DNA of 64,000 nucleotides from a virus: IMG/VR virus record IMGVR_UViG_3300015615_000721, positions 3,688 to 67,687 of that record; one strand, 5' to 3'. Shown piece by piece: positions 19,766 to 28,580 of this stretch (position 1 is its first letter; each line of letters starts with the position of its first letter). The notes under the pieces were generated by a model. It saw only the letters and a program-made list of their open reading frames with translations, ran no database searches and was not told where the DNA came from. The position numbers and the translations under genes were made by a program.

Positions 19766-20134
19766 CTAGACCTCCTCACCATCGGTGCCTTCGAAGCGCA
19801 CCTTGAGACTGCCCTTCATTGCGTCGGGCACGATATCGCCGGCGACATAGGCACCGCGCAGCACGAGCTGGACGCCGTTCGCCAGCGCGCAATTGACGAT
19901 GGCGTTGTCGATCGCCTCCCAGTCGCGGGTCTTCATGTCGGTGCCGTCCTGGGTCACCTCCATCTCGATGTACGGAACTTGCGCTTCCTGCGTATAGCCG
20001 TGCACGGCGCCATCGCCGCCGGCGACGCCAGTCTTCTTGAAGACTTGGAAGTTGTAGGTCATCTCGCTGCGGAAGCGCAGGAGCCTGTCGCCGACGCGCA
20101 CCTGCGCGGTGCCGCCGATCGGGCCGATCTTCAT
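19766..20134 (-). CDS. Tail tube protein, Mu M-like
   Basis: IGGTAQVRVGD...G.DG.VHGY.....PYIE...LANG...VRFEG. Confidence 0.85.
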   Translation of the reverse strand: MKIGPIGGTAQVRVGDRLLRFRSEMTYNFQVFKKTGVAGGDGAVHGYTQEAQVPYIEMEVTQDGTDMKTRDWEAIDNAIVNCALANGVQLVLRGAYVAGDIVPDAMKGSLKVRFEGTDGEEV

Positions 20135-20144
20135 GGAAGGCTCC

Positions 20145-21641
20145 TCAGCCGGTGGTGGAGATGCGGAACTGAGCCAGCACCGCCGTCATGCGCAGCTGCC
20201 CGATCAACGGCGGCGGGAAGAGGATGTCGAGGCGATCGGGGTTCTGCGCATTGCGCTCGACCGACAGTACGTCGAGCATGCCGGTGACGTTGGACAGCAA
20301 CCCGTCGAATTCCATCGCGCGCATCTCGGCGACGACGAAGGCCTTGGCGATCGTGGGTGTGACGATCGCGGCATTGGGCGCGAAACGCGTGCCGTCGTTA
20401 GCCAGCTTGAAGCGCGGGAAGTTCGCCGTCCAAGCAGCCTGCAAACGGCGCAGCACGCGCATGAGCGTGTATGTCTTCTCGATCGACAGCCACGCCTCGT
20501 CCGGCTGCCCAAAGGCGTTGGTCTGCAAGGTGGCGATCATCCGCTCGATCATCACCGATCCGTCGGCGGCGACAACAAAGGTGGAGATGCCGGAATAGAG
20601 CAGCGTGTTGCGCTCACTCTGGGTGTAGCGACCGGCGCCGGCCGGCGGCGCGAGCAGGCCCGGCACGACGATACCCTGTACCGGCCGCGCCGGGTCGTCG
20701 CGGAGAACGATGGCCGCAGCCGCGACCTGGCCGGCCACCCAGCGCCACACCGGCGTGGGCGAGAGGTAGTAGCCCAGAACGGTGGTGTGGGGATCGTTCT
20801 GGGTCAGGCCGAAGGTGACGAGCGTCGAGACGCTGCCACGCTTGGCGGTGAAGGCGTGGCCCCAGACCATGCGATTGTACGCCCAGCGTCCGTTGCCGGT
20901 CTGCGCCATCGCTGCCTTCATCGCGGCCAGGTTGGTGGCATCCGTGTAGGGCATGACGACGAAGTCGAAGGTCTGGTCACCCAGAGCCGCGAGCGCAGCG
21001 GCGATGTTCGGATCGGTCGCGCCGTTCGCCATGGGCGTGATGGCGCCGACATAGGAAGCCGGTAGCGCCTCGCCACCGGCGTTGCCCAGCCAGGCGTAGC
21101 GGACGTCGATATCGTTGCCCAACGTGCCGCCCTGGCGGGCCGTGAGGGTGACTGTGCCGGCGACGTTGGCGGCGCTGACCGGAAGATCCGCATTCGTGTT
21201 GATCGCCCCGGCAATCGCGTCGCCGGCTGTCGTGTTCGTCTCCGTGCCCGCAACGGGCACCGGCACGGACACCCCCGCGATGTAGAGCGGAATCACACCG
21301 GCGGCCGTCGGGGCGGCAGAGACGACGATCGTGCCGGTTGCCTTCACCGCACCCCCAGCGTCGGTTAACGGCAACGCCCAGATCAGCCCGAACTGGTCGA
21401 CCTGCCGCACCGCATCGACCATGTCGGCGAGCTGCGAGCCGACGCCGAACTGCGCCTTGGCGTCGGCGACGCCGGTGACCGGCACCGGCAGCGCCGCGAC
21501 GGCAGAGCCAGCTGCCAGCTTCTGGCCGATCAGCAGGATGCGGCCGGGATCGTCGGTGCGTGACGCCTTGCTCGCATCCACCTCGGCGAACAGGCCGGGC
21601 AGCCGAAAAGGCTGCGGAATCTGGCTGAAGGGGATCGTCAT
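20145..21641 (-). CDS. Tail sheath protein, Mu L-like
   Basis: IPFSQIP...PG.FAEVD.S, FGVGSQLADM and DRLDILFPPPLIGQLR. Confidence 0.95.
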   Translation of the reverse strand: MTIPFSQIPQPFRLPGLFAEVDASKASRTDDPGRILLIGQKLAAGSAVAALPVPVTGVADAKAQFGVGSQLADMVDAVRQVDQFGLIWALPLTDAGGAVKATGTIVVSAAPTAAGVIPLYIAGVSVPVPVAGTETNTTAGDAIAGAINTNADLPVSAANVAGTVTLTARQGGTLGNDIDVRYAWLGNAGGEALPASYVGAITPMANGATDPNIAAALAALGDQTFDFVVMPYTDATNLAAMKAAMAQTGNGRWAYNRMVWGHAFTAKRGSVSTLVTFGLTQNDPHTTVLGYYLSPTPVWRWVAGQVAAAAIVLRDDPARPVQGIVVPGLLAPPAGAGRYTQSERNTLLYSGISTFVVAADGSVMIERMIATLQTNAFGQPDEAWLSIEKTYTLMRVLRRLQAAWTANFPRFKLANDGTRFAPNAAIVTPTIAKAFVVAEMRAMEFDGLLSNVTGMLDVLSVERNAQNPDRLDILFPPPLIGQLRMTAVLAQFRISTTG

Positions 21642-21643
21642 GG

Positions 21644-21850
21644 TCAGCGTTCCTTGATCCGGACGTCATCGGCGTTGCCGCCGGGGCCTTCGTTGGACAG
21701 CGTGCCGCCGCCATCCTCGGCGCGGCGCTGCCAATACTCGTCATGAATCGCGACCCACATTCCGTTCGGCGGACAGACCCGGCCGGTCTGGGGATCCGGG
21801 ATCGTCATTCCCTCGGCCGGCGTGAACCACTTCTTTTCCATGATCGTCAC
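21644..21850 (-). CDS. Mu gp38/DUF2635-like protein
   Basis: P..G..IPDP.TG...P..G.......YW.RR..DG immediately before the sheath. Confidence 0.8.
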   Translation of the reverse strand: MTIMEKKWFTPAEGMTIPDPQTGRVCPPNGMWVAIHDEYWQRRAEDGGGTLSNEGPGGNADDVRIKER

Positions 21851-22389
21851 CTTGACTGGTCGATGATCTGCTCGAACGTCGCCGTCAGTTCCTCCGAAAG
21901 GTCCGCCGGAGCGCGCGGCTCGAAGGTCTGCTGAAATCCGACCTCGATCTCGACCTGGAAAAAGACGACATCGAGCTCAGCGCCGTCGCGCGCCGCGATA
22001 TCCTCATCCAGCAATGTCTCAATCCGCTCGACCCAGCCGAACAGCCCGAGGAACCCCGGATCCTCGAGCAAGGTGGTCTGCACAGCCGCGGCCAAGTCGA
22101 TCGCCGCAGTATCCAAGGCGGGGGCGCCGGAGCGTGCGGCTCCGATGACGCCACCGATCTGGAACGCACCCCGCACGACGAAATCGGGTACTTGGCGCGA
22201 AACGCCCTCTCCTGATTCGCGGGTCACCCGCGCCTTCAGCACCGGCCACTTCTCGGACATCACGTTGCCGAAGCGGTGCTCAGGCACGTTGACCCCGAAC
22301 AGCGGATGGCCGTTCGTCGCCGCCGCGGTGCGCAGGAGGCCCAGCGCAGCTGCCCGGATGACTTCCATCTGCAGCCGCGGCGCGGGCAT
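21847..22389 (-). CDS. Putative tail terminator/completion protein
   Basis: Assigned from position between head-tail joining and sheath genes; 180 aa. Confidence 0.55.
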   Translation of the reverse strand: MPAPRLQMEVIRAAALGLLRTAAATNGHPLFGVNVPEHRFGNVMSEKWPVLKARVTRESGEGVSRQVPDFVVRGAFQIGGVIGAARSGAPALDTAAIDLAAAVQTTLLEDPGFLGLFGWVERIETLLDEDIAARDGAELDVVFFQVEIEVGFQQTFEPRAPADLSEELTATFEQIIDQSR

Positions 22390-22391
22390 GG

Positions 22392-22742
22392 TCAGTGCTT
22401 TCGAATCAGGAGAACCGCGCCCGTGCGGTCGCCGTTCTCCTCGTAATGATCGATGGCATACGTACCAGCCGCCTCACCGGTGGTGACCACCAGGCGGTCA
22501 CCACTCCTGGGCAGAACCCCAACTGGGAAGTCACCATAGTGAACGGTGAAGCTTGGCTTGCGCGTGCCGGCGGTCAGGCCGTCGCCACTGAGCGCCAAAT
22601 AGGCGCCGTCATACTCGGCAGGGATGGTGAAAGGTTCACCCACTGGCACATCTCCATCCATCTTCTGGAACAAGACGTCGCCGTAGTCGAAGGCGCGAAC
22701 CGTTGCGCGATCGAGCGCGGCGGCCAGGTCGCGCCACGCCAT
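22392..22742 (-). CDS. Head-tail joining protein (lambda FII-like)
   Basis: Position and size; ends with GDRL......Y.I......D.TG...L. Confidence 0.65.
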   Translation of the reverse strand: MAWRDLAAALDRATVRAFDYGDVLFQKMDGDVPVGEPFTIPAEYDGAYLALSGDGLTAGTRKPSFTVHYGDFPVGVLPRSGDRLVVTTGEAAGTYAIDHYEENGDRTGAVLLIRKH

Positions 22743-22744
22743 CG

Positions 22745-23086
22745 TTACCTGCCGGCCAGGCGGTCAGCGACGGCGCGGCGAATGAACCCCGCGGCCTCTT
22801 CCGCACTCACGGCGTCCGGGGCACCCAACTGGCGCGCGAGATCGACCGCTTCCTTGGCTTTCAACTTCTCCCAGTCAACCGGAATGGCGACGACGGGAGA
22901 CGTCGGCGCAGAGGCGGTGACGATAGTGCGAGCGGTGAATGGGGCAGCATGGCCGGCAGCCAGCAGTTTCGTCACCTCGGCGTCGGCCAGGCCGATCTTG
23001 GACGTCTCGAAATCCTCGCCGGGCTCGACAACGCCGAAGCTACCGGGGCTGCCGTAGTGGATCTGAACGGTGGCGCGGAGGCGCAT
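22745..23086 (-). CDS. Hypothetical head-associated protein (position of lambda FI)
   Basis: 113 aa; first minus-strand gene after the capsid gene once the moron is skipped. Confidence 0.55.
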   Translation of the reverse strand: MRLRATVQIHYGSPGSFGVVEPGEDFETSKIGLADAEVTKLLAAGHAAPFTARTIVTASAPTSPVVAIPVDWEKLKAKEAVDLARQLGAPDAVSAEEAAGFIRRAVADRLAGR

Positions 23087-23382
23087 GATGGACTCCTCTG
23101 AAAGGTGGGACAGTGCGTTAAAGGAAGCGCGCAGGCTCTGGCGCTTGAATACAAGCGCCGCCGCCCGGCAGAACTAAGCTGACCAGGGCGGCCGATACCA
23201 CGACCCTTCTCAAGGCATCTATTGACCTCGCCCACTGACCATTAAGCGGCGCGGGAGCAACTGGATTTCCGCTGCTGAGAGAGCCTAGCGACACCGACGG
23301 CAAGTCGTCGCCAAAGTCGGCGCACACTCCATGACTCTTGTTGACTTAGTACAACTCGGCTTAGAAGATTATGGCACGTTGA

Positions 23383-24777
23383 ATGAGGGGAGCTTCAATG
23401 AGACAGTCGTCCTACGACGGATCGGACACCATGACCCGCCACGATCGAGTTTCGGCGCTCATACAGGAGTTGACTGCAGACACCCAAATGGGTCCTGATC
23501 TTAGTTGGCTCGAAGCGTTTAAGACTCCCATTGATGACCGCTTGAAAGACGCAGTTTCTAGGCATGCTGCCAGTGATGCCGTTGAGTTTAGTTACAACCC
23601 GCTTAGAGTGGAGGAATTGCTCTCAAGACTAAGTGCCAATTTGGATAGATGCATTGCTTGTCGCAGAGAATTGGCCGAGTTAGAGGTAATGGCCGTCAAA
23701 CTTGCCTTAGAAACCAAGTTGTCGTGCACGATTGCGAGTTTCGACACCAAGATATCTAACGCGCAACTGGGGCTAGATGCTGCAGACGCTGGAGCAATAT
23801 CCAAGGCAGCGGGCGCCGCAAAGAGCAAGTTTGAAAGTGCCAACAATGAGTTGGCGGCTGGATTTGCAATGAATGCGGCAGGTCAGAAGGAAGCAGCAGA
23901 TGCTCGAGTCAACGCTAGTACCTCTCGTGCAAAAAATTGGACCGATAGGGAAGCAGCAATCCGCGAACATCACATCGCTGCCATGGCTATGTATGCGACG
24001 AAGGCTCGAGGTTTGAACTTTAAGGAACGATACGAACAGATCTATAACGTGTTAGAGGTGGAAGCTCGCGAAGCCTACGTCAAATTGAAGGCGATCAAGC
24101 ATGGCCTAGATTGGGTCCACAAGATTTCCCTTCAAGAAGTTACCACAGAAACGCTCGGTGACTTTATCGACAACATGGCTGCAGCTGCTCGCAACGCGAT
24201 CTCTCGCATTGAAGGTTCGACTGACCGAGACATCGAGTTTGACGTAACAATATCTTTTCGCGGGGGGAACCAATTTAGTCGAGACCCTCTGGTGGAAGAT
24301 CCGAGTACCGATAACGACTGGTGGAAGGATCACTTTCTTTATGGCGAAAAAAAAGATGGAAGCCCTCACAAGAACGGAATTTTCAAACTTAAATTGGATC
24401 CGAAGTTCTTCCCATTTAAGAATCGACTTCGAATTAGAGAAGTGGGATTGTCTTATTCTTTGGGTGAATGGCCGAAAGAGTTCGCAGCGGTCTCTGGACT
24501 TGTAAAGATCGAAACCAAATACGACGACATTGTCCCCATGGCATTTTTGAACAACGTGGATTTTTATAACCACGATCGCACTGTCTCGATGCAGGCTGGC
24601 ACAATGATGAATGCGGACCCTTTTCACGGTGATGGAAAATGGACGGTTCAAATAGGAGAACACTATCTGAGCAACTATCCCGGAGCAAAAGCAATCCGAC
24701 CTGGCGGAGGACAACCTGATCCAGCTCCACATATTTTGGATTTTAAGTTGCATATTCGACTAATTGGGCGGATCTAA
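23383..24777 (+). CDS. Moron protein: long helical region plus C-terminal domain resembling the Tc-toxin TcA C-terminus
   Basis: Low-GC, opposite-strand ORF. Motif series RDIEFDVTISF / G.F.LKL...FF..RLRIREVGLS / PFHG.G.WTVQI / ILDFKLHIR. The ORF is secure; the function is tentative. Confidence 0.6.
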   Translation: MRGASMRQSSYDGSDTMTRHDRVSALIQELTADTQMGPDLSWLEAFKTPIDDRLKDAVSRHAASDAVEFSYNPLRVEELLSRLSANLDRCIACRRELAELEVMAVKLALETKLSCTIASFDTKISNAQLGLDAADAGAISKAAGAAKSKFESANNELAAGFAMNAAGQKEAADARVNASTSRAKNWTDREAAIREHHIAAMAMYATKARGLNFKERYEQIYNVLEVEAREAYVKLKAIKHGLDWVHKISLQEVTTETLGDFIDNMAAAARNAISRIEGSTDRDIEFDVTISFRGGNQFSRDPLVEDPSTDNDWWKDHFLYGEKKDGSPHKNGIFKLKLDPKFFPFKNRLRIREVGLSYSLGEWPKEFAAVSGLVKIETKYDDIVPMAFLNNVDFYNHDRTVSMQAGTMMNADPFHGDGKWTVQIGEHYLSNYPGAKAIRPGGGQPDPAPHILDFKLHIRLIGRI

Positions 24778-25354
24778 TATGCGGCGACCGGATGATAGCC
24801 GATTGCGAAGTCCATTCTATAATCCAACTCTTGGGGCTACCTATCTTTCCGCGAAGGAACGGCTTTCGCTCCCCTCATCAGAGCCACGTCCTCTAGCATC
24901 ACGCATTGGCCGCGATGGGCGATATGAATTATTGGATCCGGTAGCGACGGCGGAGTGGGTCACATCCTCCTCGCTCCCAAACGCTTCATGGAGGACGACT
25001 GGGCCTGTCTTTTTCCAAGAGGCTTACAACGTTGTATTCAATGAGATCCTGACGCAGACGTTGCAGTTGAAGTGGGAACGCCTTCGTGAGGTCGCGTCAG
25101 CGTTTGAACTAGCGACAAAAGAACCTCGACGAATGTTAAGCGAGAAGTTGGAAAAGCTCTACAAAGAACTCGATGAAATAAGAGCTCGGTGGAAGAGCGA
25201 GGCGCCTCCGAAAAAAAAGGGGCCCTCGGAACCTCAGGAACAGCAAATCGACCGGCCAAGAGATGGTGAAAGGTTGGGTAAGCGCGATGCCTTAACGAAT
25301 GGCAGCACGCTGGCAGGTATCGATCGCCCAGATGGAGGCAAGTCGCACGTCTAG
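24764..25354 (+). CDS. Hypothetical moron protein
   Basis: Overlaps the upstream moron gene; helical charged C-terminal half. Start may be ATG 24779. Confidence 0.6.
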   Translation: MGGSNMRRPDDSRLRSPFYNPTLGATYLSAKERLSLPSSEPRPLASRIGRDGRYELLDPVATAEWVTSSSLPNASWRTTGPVFFQEAYNVVFNEILTQTLQLKWERLREVASAFELATKEPRRMLSEKLEKLYKELDEIRARWKSEAPPKKKGPSEPQEQQIDRPRDGERLGKRDALTNGSTLAGIDRPDGGKSHV

Positions 25355-25558
25355 ACATCTTTCTAGAGTGAGAACTTCGGGTTTCTGGCGTAAGCGTACC
25401 GGCCTGCCATAGGGAACGGAGCGACTGGGTAGGCGTTCGAATGATGATTGGTGATCCGATAGGCCGCCAAGTTGGCGCGTCGCGTGGAGATGGGCAAAGA
25501 GGTGTGATGAGGCGCCGACAGAGTTCGTCTTGTAAATTGCGACGACGCTCCTGCGCGA

Positions 25559-26614
25559 TTAGTTGACGGTCGCGCAGAAGCTTGCGTTCGGGCGATAGGG
25601 CACTACAAGCGGAGCCGACTGCAGCAGCAGCCAGCGGACCGCGGGGTCCTCCTCGAGCCACGACTTGGTGAAATACCGCGTCGCCTGATAGGCCGCCTTC
25701 TCGTCCAGGATCATGCCGTAGCAGCGCGTCCCCTCGAGGGTACCGGTCGCGCGGCCGGGCGAGGCCATGATCACGGTATAGTCGGGCAGCAGCTGCTGGG
25801 TCGATCCGGCCTCGTCGACATAGACGTCCTGATAGACGTAGATGTCGAAGTCACCGATGTATCCGACGTAGCGCGCGCGCTCGGCACCGTCACCACGCAC
25901 CATCGGCGTAATGTTCAGCGTGCTGGGTACACCGGTCCGGATCAGCGTGCTGAGCAGGGCCTTTACGTCCACATCGGCGCGAAAAATCCCCCATGCCTTG
26001 GGATCCATGACGACGGTGGTCGCCTTGGCGCCGGACTTGGTCTGAATCAGGCCCGCCCAGGTTTCGAGCAGGGCCAGCGGCGACACGCCTGCCTGGCCCC
26101 AGCGTGCGCCGCCGGTCAAAGCAACGGTGAGCGCCGCGTCACGCAGGAAGTCGACAACGACGGTCGGATAGTTCTCGCCACTCACGGTCACCTTGCCCGT
26201 GCGCAAAGCCTCCGATGCCATGACCTCCTCACGTCGGTCGAGCATGTCGAGCTGGTCGCTGAGAGAAGCGGCGAGCTGCGCGCGGCGGCGCTGCATCGGT
26301 GACAGAGATCCGCCGATCTGCTCGCCGATTGCGCGCCGCAACGGCTGGTCGGGCTGCAGCACGCGCTTGTCCTTCGCATACGCCGGCCGAAACGACTTCG
26401 TCGCATAGCCGCGATCGGCGACAACCTTGCCCGGCATCAGCGGGTGCACGAACGGCGTGATGCGCGGCTTAGAAGTGTCGACATCGAACACGATCTCGGC
26501 GGCCGTCGCCTCCTGCACGAACGGAAAGAACATGTTGAGCAGGAACTTCGACGGTGTCGGCAACTGCGCCACTACCCGGGTGAGCACCGACGTAGAATAG
26601 AGGTCAAGAGTCAT
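25559..26614 (-). CDS. Major capsid protein, lambda gpE family
   Basis: PFVHP...GK, FRPAYAKDK, RREE.MA..AL.TGK and KSW.EEDP......QSAPL. Confidence 0.95.
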   Translation of the reverse strand: MTLDLYSTSVLTRVVAQLPTPSKFLLNMFFPFVQEATAAEIVFDVDTSKPRITPFVHPLMPGKVVADRGYATKSFRPAYAKDKRVLQPDQPLRRAIGEQIGGSLSPMQRRRAQLAASLSDQLDMLDRREEVMASEALRTGKVTVSGENYPTVVVDFLRDAALTVALTGGARWGQAGVSPLALLETWAGLIQTKSGAKATTVVMDPKAWGIFRADVDVKALLSTLIRTGVPSTLNITPMVRGDGAERARYVGYIGDFDIYVYQDVYVDEAGSTQQLLPDYTVIMASPGRATGTLEGTRCYGMILDEKAAYQATRYFTKSWLEEDPAVRWLLLQSAPLVVPYRPNASFCATVN

Positions 26615-26674
26615 GGACGTATCTCCCCAAGGGCCGAACGGTTTGGAAGGGCGCGGACGGCCGCGCCGGCCTTA

Positions 26675-27055
26675 TCAAGCCGGCACGACCTTCTTCAGGA
26701 AGATCCCGATCTTGCGCAGCGATTCGGTGATGGTGGCGAGGACAAGGCCCGCTCCAATCGACATGGCGTCGGGATTGAACTCGCCGGTCAGGTAGACCAT
26801 CGCCTGGACATCGGCCCCCGATCCGTCGGCGTCGACGGCGAGAATCGACTCAGGTACCTGGCTCCCGTCTCCCGACGCGGCCAGCGCCTTCGTCCGCTTG
26901 TTGCTGGCAGTGATATTGCCGAGCAGCGTGCCGCGGACATAGGGCCCGCCGGTCAACGTGACCATGCGCATCGCGCGCGGGAAATCACCGGCGAACAGGA
27001 CATCCGGGACGAACGTCCCCTGAGCCGTGAGGCCCGCGATTAGTGAATCGGCCAT
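26675..27055 (-). CDS. Head decoration protein, gpD-like
   Basis: LFAGD...RGTLLG...DGSQVP..ILA.D...Y..GEFN...LRKIGIFL. Confidence 0.9.
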   Translation of the reverse strand: MADSLIAGLTAQGTFVPDVLFAGDFPRAMRMVTLTGGPYVRGTLLGNITASNKRTKALAASGDGSQVPESILAVDADGSGADVQAMVYLTGEFNPDAMSIGAGLVLATITESLRKIGIFLKKVVPA

Positions 27056-27088
27056 GGGTTATCTCCGTTGAGTGGACGATTGCCCTGT

Positions 27089-27667
27089 TCAGGACTTGCG
27101 CGCGGCGCCGGGGACGAAGGCGAGGACCGAGTCCACGGTGTCGTCGAGTTCGCGCTGCTCGCTCGAGCGGCCGCTGTCGCCGCCGCGATCCGCGCCAAGC
27201 CTGGGCGCGCGGCGAGTTGCCATGTCGCCGCGCAAGCCGAGGCGGCCGGCGTCGGTTGGTGCCACGCCTCGGTGATCCGGGCTTGTCGCCTCGAGAAAGC
27301 CAGCCGCCTGCGCGGCGGTCATGTCGCTGTTCAACGCGACATGCAGGGCCTGTCCGACGCGGTCTTTACCGCCGGCCTGGACGATTGCGTGCACACGCTC
27401 GCGCTCAAGGAAAACAATGGCCTGCCTCGCGGCCGCCGCAACGCCCGATGATGCGGCCACGGCGGCGTCGTGCGCGGCCTTCGCCTCATCCTCTTGGTCG
27501 TCGTCCTTCTTGCCGGCTTTCTTCTTGTCGTCGTCCTCCTTCTCGTCGTCGTCTTCATCCTCATCGGAACTGGCGGCGACCTTCTCAGCTTCTTTCGGCA
27601 CCGTGCTGTCGGCCTCGGAAGCGCCGGGCTTGGGCTGTGCGCCCTTACCCCAGAGTCGAAAGTTCAT
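27089..27667 (-). CDS. Capsid scaffolding protein (Nu3-like)
   Basis: Acidic low-complexity N-terminal part, then ERERVHAI...ALNSDMTAAQA; located between protease and gpD. Confidence 0.7.
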   Translation of the reverse strand: MNFRLWGKGAQPKPGASEADSTVPKEAEKVAASSDEDEDDDEKEDDDKKKAGKKDDDQEDEAKAAHDAAVAASSGVAAAARQAIVFLERERVHAIVQAGGKDRVGQALHVALNSDMTAAQAAGFLEATSPDHRGVAPTDAGRLGLRGDMATRRAPRLGADRGGDSGRSSEQRELDDTVDSVLAFVPGAARKS

Positions 27668-27683
27668 GGCAGGCTCCTTCTGG

Positions 27684-28580
27684 TCAGGCGGTCAGCTCGG
27701 CCAATTCGAGCAGCGCCTCGGTTGGCGACACGATGTCGTCGCAGAACTTCAGCTTCAGTGCGTCGGCCGGCAGATAGGAGTTCGCCTGCGTCGCCCGCAC
27801 CGCGTCGGCGCTGATGCCCCGCCCCTTGCCCACGACCTCGAAGAACAGGCCGGCAACCGAGTCGATTTCTCGTTGAAACTGCGCGCGGACCGCGTCCGGC
27901 AACGGCTGGTACTCGTTACCGTCGGCCTTGTGCTCCCCGGCGTAGATCATGGTGACCTTGACGCCGGCCTCGGCTAGAGCTGCCGACATATCCCAGTGGG
28001 CGCAGATCACACCAACCGAGCCGGTGTAGCCCACAGATGAGCACGTGATTCGGCCCGCGCCTACAGCGAGGGCGAAGGCCGCGCTGCAGGCCATCGAGTC
28101 GACGATGGCCCAGACCGGCTTGTCCTCGCGCGCGGCGCGCACCTGATCGGCGAGATCGAAGCAACCCGAGACCTCGCCGCCCGGCGAATCGCACACTAGG
28201 GCGATGCCCCTCACCGAAGGATCGTTCATCGCGGCGGCGAGCTGCGTCCGCAGGCCATCGTAGCCCGTCATTCCACACCACGGATCGACCGTGCCGAGAT
28301 TATTGACCAGCGTGCCGTCGACCTGCAGCACCGCGACATTGCGGTACTGGGCGAAGGCCTTGCGATAGTCGCGCTCGACCAGGCCCACGGGCAGCGAGGC
28401 GAACACTGGTCCCCGATCGCCCGCCTCGTCATCCATGGCGAGGAAGCGCGGCGGCGAGGCGCCAAGATCCTGCCGCTGATGAAGGATGCGCGCAAAGCTG
28501 TCGAGCCACACGGCCCCCTGCCGGGGCTCCAGCAGCAACGGGCGGCCAAAGGCGCGGCGGGCCAGGTGAGCATACCGCAT
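27684..28580 (-). CDS. S49-family capsid maturation protease (lambda gpC-like)
   Basis: GMTGYDG, DSPGGEVSG, ACSAAFALA, GSVGVI and GEHKADGN. Confidence 0.9.
   Translation of the reverse strand: MRYAHLARRAFGRPLLLEPRQGAVWLDSFARILHQRQDLGASPPRFLAMDDEAGDRGPVFASLPVGLVERDYRKAFAQYRNVAVLQVDGTLVNNLGTVDPWCGMTGYDGLRTQLAAAMNDPSVRGIALVCDSPGGEVSGCFDLADQVRAAREDKPVWAIVDSMACSAAFALAVGAGRITCSSVGYTGSVGVICAHWDMSAALAEAGVKVTMIYAGEHKADGNEYQPLPDAVRAQFQREIDSVAGLFFEVVGKGRGISADAVRATQANSYLPADALKLKFCDDIVSPTEALLELAELTA

Noticed and set aside
23341..23372. Sigma70 promoter for the TcA-like moron
   Set aside because: TTGACT is present but there is no convincing -10 at proper spacing.
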